Notes under the pieces: model-generated
What the model saw: the letters and a program-made list of their open reading frames with translations, nothing else
The model's database searches: none
What the model was told of the DNA's origin: nothing
Made by a program: the position numbers and the translations under genes
Shown here: positions 60,645 to 64,000 of the stretch, piece after piece
Position numbering within the stretch: the first letter of the stretch is position 1
How the letters are laid out: each line of letters opens with the position of its first letter
Source: Dictyostelium discoideum
Taxonomy: Eukaryota
NCBI GenBank assembly: GCA_000004695.1
Contig: CM000154.2
Coordinates: 2,912,001-2,976,000 of the forward strand
DNA length: 64,000 nt
Direction: 5' to 3'

Positions 60645-61031
60645 TCAAAAAAAAAAAAATAATAAATAATTAAAAAAATTGTACAGAAAAAAAAAGAATA
60701 TTAATTTATTGATGATTTATTATTACTTTTTTTTTTTTTTGTATTTTTTTTATTTTTGGTTCACTTAAAAATTTTTATTTATTATTCTTATTTTATTTTT
60801 ATTTACAAATAATTTTTATTTTCTTTTTTTTTTTTTTTTTTTTCTTTTTTTATTTGATGTAAATGAAGTTTTTTTTTTTTTTCTTTTTTTTTTTTTTTTA
60901 TTATTTTGTACAAAGAGGTTATTTTCATTTTAAAATTTACTATGATCGCCATCATTTATCATTATTATTATAATAATTTTTCCTTTTTTCTTTTTTTCTG
61001 TCTGTTTTTTTTTCCATCTTTTTTTCTGTTT

Positions 61032-61062
<31 letters not shown>

Positions 61063-61075
61063 TATTATTATAGTT

Positions 61076-61266
61076 TTAATGATGAGGAGAATTTGGTGTA
61101 TTTGATTGAATATGGATATGATGATGATGATGATTTTGAATATTTGGGCCTAAAAATTTTCTAATTCTCTTAATTAAATCTGCTTTAACTTGTGGTGGTA
61201 CTTTTTCTAAAATTTGTTAATTTTGGGAATTAGTAAAAATATATATGGAAAATAAAAATAAAAAAA

Positions 61267-61333
<67 letters not shown>

Positions 61334-61749
61334 ATACTTTTAGCAATTGGTGTTATGAGTGCAATTAAATCTTCAATTTTAAAGTTTTCATTTTGATTAT
61401 TTTTAATATATTCACGACATGCAATTTTTACTTCATCTCTCCAACCACCTTCAACTAATTTACTCTTTAATAAAACCTTTAATCTTTCTTTTTCTCCTGA
61501 TTCTATAAGTTTTTGATGTATAGTTGATCTTAATTTGATATGACTAATTAAAATAATTATAAAAATAATAGAAAACAAAGAAAAAAAAAAATAATAAAAA
61601 AAAAAACGATAAAAAAAAAAATAAATAAAAAATAAAAAAAAAATTAAAAAGTTTTATTAGTATTTTAAATATGGAGTTAAAAAATTTAAGAAAAATTGTC
61701 ATATGAATACTTACTCTTTTGGTAGAATTGTAGTTGTAGTAGATGCCAT
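61076..61749 (-). CDS. ENY2/Sus1 (transcription and mRNA export factor; SAGA/TREX-2 subunit). 3 exons: join(61749..61715, 61543..61338, 61206..61076), 123 aa.
   Basis: MASTTTILPK|GTAAGT…ttaattag|(D)HIKLRSTIHQKLIESGEKERLKVLLKSKLVEGGWRDEVKIACREYIKNNQNENFKIEDLIALITPIAK|GTATTT…(ATTT)n…attttag|KKVPPQVKADLIKRIRKFLGPNIQNHHHHHIHIQSNTPNSPHH*. Compare human ENY2 [43 protein letters not shown]…[29 protein letters not shown]. Exon lengths 35+206+131 = 372 nt, in frame. Track ORF 61207..61578 is exon 2 plus intron read-through. Confidence 0.75.
61265..61335. repeat. (AAAT)n microsatellite (inside ENY2 intron 2)
   Basis: aaataaataaat… about 18 units. Confidence 0.95.
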
Positions 61750-62233
61750 TTATGTATTTATGTTTTTTTGGTTATATGACTGATGTGTGTGGGTAGTATT
61801 TTACAAAAAAAATAAAAATAAAAATAAAAAAATAAAAAAAATAAAAAAAGAGAAAAAAAAATTATTTGAATTACTAAATTAAAAAATTAATAAAGTAAAA
61901 TGTCTTTTTGTTTCGGTATCGATGTGTGGCCCCCTAAAGAATTGTTTTTGGTTTTTTATTTTTTTTTTTTTTTGATTTTTTATTTTTGATTTTTTATTTT
62001 TTTGATTATTTCAAATACTTTTTTTATACAATTGAAATCTTTATGATAATGAAAACTAAAAGAAAAAAAAAATATCACAATTTTTTAACGGCAAAAAAAA
62101 AAAAAAAAAAAAAAAAGAATAAAAAAAAAAAGAATAAAAAAAAAAAAATTTTTTGGAAAAAAAAAAAAAAAAACAAAAATAAAAATAAAAAATAAAAAAA
62201 AATAAAAAAAAATGATCAATCAAATTTGTGGTC

Positions 62234-62333
62234 NNNNNNNNNNNNNNNNNNNNNNNNNNNNNNNNNNNNNNNNNNNNNNNNNNNNNNNNNNNNNNNNNNN
62301 NNNNNNNNNNNNNNNNNNNNNNNNNNNNNNNNN
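62234..62333. other. Assembly gap (100 N)
   Basis: Run of n. Confidence 1.
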
Positions 62334-62796
62334 TTTTTTTTAAAATCTGTGTTTTTTTGTGTAATATAATTATTATTATTATTATTATTATTTTTTTATT
62401 TAATTATTTTTATTTTTTTTTTTTTATTTTTTTTTTTTATGGAAATGGTTGTGTGTTTGTGTGTGGAATAATAATAGTTATTATTTTTTTTTTCTTTTCT
62501 TTTTATTTTATTTTTATTTTTTAATTTTTCTGAAAAAAAAAAAAAAAAAAAAAAAAAATTAAAAAAATCTATTCCAATTTTATAAATCAATTCTAATAAG
62601 AAACCAAATCTGAGTAATGAAATTATCTATTTGAGATTAATTTTAGATTTTTGTTCAATGAAAATAAGACATCAAATTGGTTTTATTTGAAAAAATTGAA
62701 AAAAAGAAAAAACTCGCAAAAAATTTTTTTTCAACACTTTTATTTTTTTTTTATTTTTTTTAATGCGAATCTAAAACATCTCTAATACACAAGAGA

Positions 62797-64000
62797 ATGA
62801 TCGATAATCTATTTTTTAATGTATTTCGAAATAAATATATAAGATCGATTATCGTTCGTTATCTATGTTCATATAATCATATTGATTATTATTTTTATTT
62901 TAATCAACAAATTGAACAAAAATTAATAAAACAACAAAAATATCAATATAAAAAAAATAATAATAATAATAATAAAAATAATGATAAAAATAATAATAAT
63001 AATTTTGAAGAATATCAAATTTATTTTGATAAAATAATTGAAATTAAAAATGAATTAAAAATTAAAAAATATATTGAAATTAATGAATTAGAATGGATAG
63101 TAAAAAATAAAAAATTTTCAATACTTCATGATAAATTGATAATGTATAAAAAAATAATTAAAAAACAAATAGTAAATGAAAATAGTAATAATTTTAAAAT
63201 TAAAATTACAGAAGATTCAATTTATCAATTTTTTGAATTTAATAATAATTTTAAATTATTTAAATTATTTTATAAACTTTATTTTAATGAAGAGAACCAT
63301 GGTGAATATTATTGTAAAACCAATACGAGGATTATTCAAAAAGCAGTTCAAAGTGGTAATATTGAAATTGTGAAATTCCTAGTTGAAAATGGATTTAAAT
63401 ATGATGGTGATTCATTAAGATTCGCATCATCCTATGGTTATTTCGATATACTGAAATGGTTGAACCAAACTGACCCAACCATTGAACTAGATGAGAATAT
63501 TATAAATTTTGCAAGAGGTGATCCAATCCAATATGAATATTTTAATGAGCAGGGTAAACCTGTTATTGGTATTAGAAATGTAGGATTGGAGATTATTCAA
63601 TATTTAAAATCGGTTAAGCCAAATTTAATATTCTCTCAAGATGCCATTGATTATAGTTGCATTAGTGGTAATGTTGATATGGTAGATTGGTTTTATAAAA
63701 ATGCAAATTTAAAATGCACTTTATTCGGTGTTGAAGGTGCTATCATTGGCAATCATTTAAAATTATTAAAATATTTATTATTAACAAAATCAAGTGGTAT
63801 AAATATGGTTGATTTAAATTCATCATTTAGTATTGATGAGTCAATTAAAAATGGTAATATTGAAATTGTGAAATATATATATGAAAAGTACTCTAAAAAA
63901 TGGTCAATTAAAGGTATTGAAAATTCGGTTAAAAAGAATCATTTTGAAATTTTAAAATATATTTTATCAATTGAATTAAATAATAATGAAAATTCAATTA
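62797..64000 (+). CDS. Ankyrin-repeat-like protein, 5' portion (401 or more aa); the ORF runs off the window end
   Basis: ATG at 62797 follows an in-frame TAA at 62761. The frame stays open to position 64000. It reads MIDNLFFNVFRNKYIRSIIVRYLC…IQKAVQSGNIEIVKFLVENGFKYDGDSLRFASSYGYFDILKWL…DAIDYSCISGNVDMVDWFYKN…ESIKNGNIEIVKYIYEKYS…VKKNHFEILKYIL. It has repeated G-N-I-E-I-V-K-(F/Y)-L ankyrin-like units. It is absent from the ORF track only because there is no stop inside the window. Confidence 0.6.
   Translation, partial: MIDNLFFNVFRNKYIRSIIVRYLCSYNHIDYYFYFNQQIEQKLIKQQKYQYKKNNNNNNKNNDKNNNNNFEEYQIYFDKIIEIKNELKIKKYIEINELEWIVKNKKFSILHDKLIMYKKIIKKQIVNENSNNFKIKITEDSIYQFFEFNNNFKLFKLFYKLYFNEENHGEYYCKTNTRIIQKAVQSGNIEIVKFLVENGFKYDGDSLRFASSYGYFDILKWLNQTDPTIELDENIINFARGDPIQYEYFNEQGKPVIGIRNVGLEIIQYLKSVKPNLIFSQDAIDYSCISGNVDMVDWFYKNANLKCTLFGVEGAIIGNHLKLLKYLLLTKSSGINMVDLNSSFSIDESIKNGNIEIVKYIYEKYSKKWSIKGIENSVKKNHFEILKYILSIELNNNENSI

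Overview
This window reads as AT-rich eukaryotic DNA of the Dictyostelium discoideum type, not prokaryotic. Evidence: about 75-80% A+T, long poly(A)/poly(T) intergenic tracts, coding regions full of (AAT)n/(CAA)n poly-Asn/poly-Gln runs, a canonical Dictyostelium actin gene, short AT-rich introns with GTAAGT...AG boundaries, and two nuclear tRNA genes with downstream 'ex-B' boxes. The supplied ORF track translates alternative start codons (GTG/TTG) as M and ignores splicing, so many track ORFs are exon fragments. Others are poly-F/poly-L/poly-N translations of homopolymers or antisense of real genes, and one long open frame at the window end is missing because it has no stop.

By reading both strands I reconstructed about 20 protein-coding genes, several multi-exon:
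- coatomer zeta (3 exons)
- ACSF3-like acyl-CoA synthetase (5' end unresolved)
- giant NDR/LATS-type kinase (ndrD-like)
- 1171-aa orphan helical protein
- Tat-SF1/CUS2 homologue (2 exons)
- large multi-pass membrane protein (2 exons)
- actin (Act8-type)
- ankyrin/GRAM/C1 TKL kinase (arkA-like)
- Ulp/SENP SUMO protease (5 exons)
- Tgr-like IPT/TIG type-I membrane glycoprotein (2 exons)
- small 2-EF-hand protein (3 exons)
- 7-exon gene with an unusual domain combination (N-myristoylation motif, EF-hand, UBA, E/K repeats, Cys-rich C-terminus)
- F-box/LRR protein
- small secreted protein (2 exons)
- secreted beta-helix repeat protein
- ENY2/Sus1 (3 exons)
- ankyrin-repeat gene running off the window end

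Non-coding features:
- Two identical tRNA-Pro(UGG) genes in opposite orientation.
- One tRNA abutted 50 bp upstream by a gap-truncated 199-bp tandem array; the other by a candidate retroelement 3' remnant.
- A nested foldback element.
- A perfect 46-bp inverted repeat.
- Minisatellites and five 100-N assembly gaps.

No CRISPR array, operon or prokaryotic defence system is present. The most novel candidates are the myristoyl/EF-hand/UBA gene, the tRNA-associated repeat structures, the foldback element and a B-box pseudogene.
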